NCBI GenBank assembly: GCA_037447605.1
Contig: CM074808.1
Span: 3,844,001-3,908,000, forward strand
Length of the DNA stretch: 64,000 nucleotides
Reading direction: 5' to 3'
Source: Zygnema circumcarinatum SAG 698-1b
Lineage: Eukaryota > Plantae > Zygnematophyceae
Shown here: positions 61,312 through 64,000 of the stretch, in pieces
Numbering within the stretch: position 1 is the stretch's first letter
How the letters are laid out: every line of letters begins with the position of its first letter
Notes under the pieces: generated by a model
Told to the model about the DNA's origin: nothing
Seen by the model: only the letters and a program-made list of their open reading frames with translations
The model's database searches: none
Position numbers and translations under genes: made by a program

Positions 61312-63866
61312 ATGTTGAAGAAGCTGAAGTTTCCGAAGTGGAATGGGAAGGAGAAGCGAGGAGGAGCACAGGGGGTCGACATCAATGTGTCGCAGAGGAG
61401 GCTGCTCGACAGCCAGACCGGCGTCGGATACTCTATGGGGACTTCAAACTATTCGGATCTCATTACCAATGCAAACCCCTCCTCTTCCAGCATCAATCCC
61501 ATCAGCTGCAGCACTGACCTCCAGCACCCCTCACCCTTCCAGGATAGAGAAGACGACGAAGAAGCAGGAGGAGGAGCGAGAGGAGGGGAGGGAGGAGGAA
61601 GGGAGGAAGGAGGGGAAGGGGAAGGGGTATTGGAGGGAGAAGGTAGAGATGAGGAAGGAGGAGGAGAAGGAGTAGTAGAGAATCCAACAAAGCCCCCTAG
61701 TCCAGCTGGCGCCCTTTATACTGAAATACGGCTCATAGAGCATGCGAGAGAGTGGGAGGCAACGGGAGCGAAAAGTGTACCTCCTGACTTTATATGTCCT
61801 CTCTCTCTGGATATTATGGTAGACCCTGTGGTAATAGCCTCCGGGCAGACATATGAGCGCGCATACATTGAGAGATGGCTTGCAGGAGGCCACAAAACTT
61901 GCCCTAAAACAAACCAAGAGCTTCCCCATACGAATGTGGTCCCAAATGAAGCTGCCAAAGCGGTAATAAGGGAGTGGTGTGCCACACACGGTGTCGTGCT
62001 TCCCGAAACGGTGGATGTGAGAGAGGAAGCGGTAGCAAGAGCGGTAGCGGCGAGGAGGAGTGAGAGAGATGAATTGGGAGAGCATATGCAAGGAGGGGGG
62101 TATGGTGGGGGCCTGCTGGCAAGGAGGAACCAGTACAGGGGACTCAGAGTGGAGGGCTTTAGGAGGCAAATGGAAAGACAGGCGGTGGTCCTTTTTGGGG
62201 GTTCAGTGGAATCTTCTGCTACTTCATCTCCAATCACTCCCGCTGTAGTAGTTGCGGCGGTGTTGGAAAGTGGGGGAGAATTGGGGCGGCAGAGCAGTTC
62301 AGATGGGAGAGCGGTATCAGAGAGAGGAGAGGGAGAGGCAGCAGGAGGGAGAGACGAGGGAGATATGGAGGAGAATTTGACCACCACAACAACGGAGTTG
62401 TTAGCTAATAGGACAACGGATTTGATGACATCCACAACAGATTTGAGTGAATGTAACTTCACTGGAATGTCACTCTGCAGTGACAATTTACCCCTTACGA
62501 CAACGTCTATGTCTATTCAGGGAGTTGCAATTGATGAAGGGGAGGAATCCAGTCGGAGGAAGAGAAGATCAAATAGAAATAAAGAAGAACCTGTGAACCA
62601 TCAGGAAATTAGGAATCTTTTGCATGGTGCTCAATCAGAGTCAGAGCCAGTGAGGAGACGCTCTACTGAGGGACTACGTCGAATTTCTAAAATCTCTCGC
62701 ATTTCACGTATTGTTTTAGCCGAAATGGGAGCGATTCCAATCTTAGTGGACCTGCTGGATTCAGTAGATGAAGAGACCGCAGAGTATGCAGTAACTTCCT
62801 TAGTGAATTTATCCCTTGAAACTGAATTGAGGCGGCAGATTGCTGGAGGGGGAGCGGTTATTCCGCTTGTTCGGCTCCTTGAATCGGCAGAGTCGCTCGT
62901 ATTGAGAGAGAACGCGCTAAGTACTTTGTGCAACCTCAGTTCAGTCGAGCCCTTCCGAGAAGAGCTTAGTTCCGCCGGTTTAATACCACTCCTTCTCGAT
63001 ATTTTGGGAGCGGACGAGACCTTTTCAGTCCGGCAAGAAGCATCCATGGCTCTCTTCAATCTTGCCCTAAATGCCGAATGTCGTGCAGCTGTCGTTTCTG
63101 CAGGAGGAGTTGAACTTGTTTTGGAGCTTATGGGAGAGGACGATGGTGAACTGGAGGAGGATTTGGTGATGCTTTTATGTGCTTTGTTGAGGTCTCCTTT
63201 AGGGCGAAGTAAGGTTCAGCTTTTGGAAGGAGTTCCTGTGTTGGCTTCTATAGCAGAGGGAGGCTCTGAGGGGGCTCAGACTCACGCAGTAGCAGCTCTC
63301 CTATTGGTGGCTTCTGGAAGTGAGATGGGGCGGGAGATGGTGCGGAACGAGATCACTATTCCATCCCTTGTTGCCATTTCAGAAGGAGGGACTGCAAGGG
63401 GGAAATCCAAGGTGTGAGCGCGGCCTCTCTCTCTCTCTCGCTCTCCCTCTCTCTCCCTCTCTCTCCCTCTCTCTCTCCCTCTCTCTCCCTCTCTCTCTCT
63501 TTCTCCCTCTCTCTCCCTCTCCCTCTCCCTTTCTCTCTCCCTCTCTCGTTCTCTCGTTGGCTTCTATTTTAAACTAGGTCTGCTAGGTTGCTAGGAGTAG
63601 TCCCTATTGACTTTTCGCGTGTGTTTCCTGTTTACTCTTTCTTTCTTCACACTTATAGGCTGTTGGTTTTCCCAGTTTTAGAGTTTCATCATTTTTATTT
63701 TATGAGTGTTTCGGGTTGTTAGGGCTCGTATATTTTTGGCTTTTACCGGTTTCAGGGGCTTGTCTAACGCTGTTCTCCTTGACCTGTTCCATTGCCGGCT
63801 GCGCCTTCTTCCTCTCTCCCTCCATTGCAGGCATTGGCGCTCCTTCAATTGATGCGGCGAAAGTAG
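61312..63866 (+). CDS. U-box/ARM-repeat E3 ubiquitin ligase (PUB-2), ~711 aa
   Basis: Exons 61312-63411 and 63831-63866 (ALALLQLMRRK*). U-box PPDFICPLSLDIMVDPVVIASGQTYERAYIERWLAGGHKTCPKT..VVPN followed by ARM repeats. Confidence 0.93.
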
Positions 63867-64000
63867 TTCATTTTCCTTACTACTAAATTGATTATTTGTT
63901 TTCTTTATGATAAGGTTGGTACTCCTTCATGCATTGAATGGAAAATTGCAGATAAGGGGGGGCAGGTTCTTCCTCGTCGTAGGAATAACCGCAACTCTGA

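Overview
This is a eukaryotic, intron-rich (GT-AG) 64-kb window, most consistent with a streptophyte alga or other non-angiosperm plant. That is inferred from a plastid-targeted plant-type glutamate-cysteine ligase, two Pelle-type LRR receptor kinases, two U-box/ARM E3 ligases and plant-type telomere-like repeats in introns; the species cannot be determined. Most long ORFs in the supplied track are artefacts of GA/CT microsatellites. Manual splicing gives 8 genes in this order: [A] multidomain secreted protein (+), GSH1 (+), PUB-1 (-), LRR-RLK-1 (+), [B] paralog of A (+), panC (-), LRR-RLK-2 (-), PUB-2 (+). The standout is the paralog pair A/B, with an architecture I do not recognise: signal peptide, 2 CBM14/peritrophin-like chitin-binding domains, papain-family (C1A) protease with intact Gln/Cys/His/Asn but no recognisable I29 propeptide, Pro-rich stalk, 2 EGF, and 3-4 Cys-containing LysM domains. 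Each paralog is followed, after one housekeeping gene, by a head-to-head LRR-RLK / U-box-ARM pair, which suggests a twice-repeated sensing/proteolysis/ubiquitination neighbourhood. The window also holds a 938-bp foldback transposon with an 8-bp target-site duplication, dense GTAC, G-box and TGACG motif clusters upstream of genes, interstitial telomere-like repeats, and eight 10-N assembly gaps. All domain calls come from motif recognition by eye; no database search was run.
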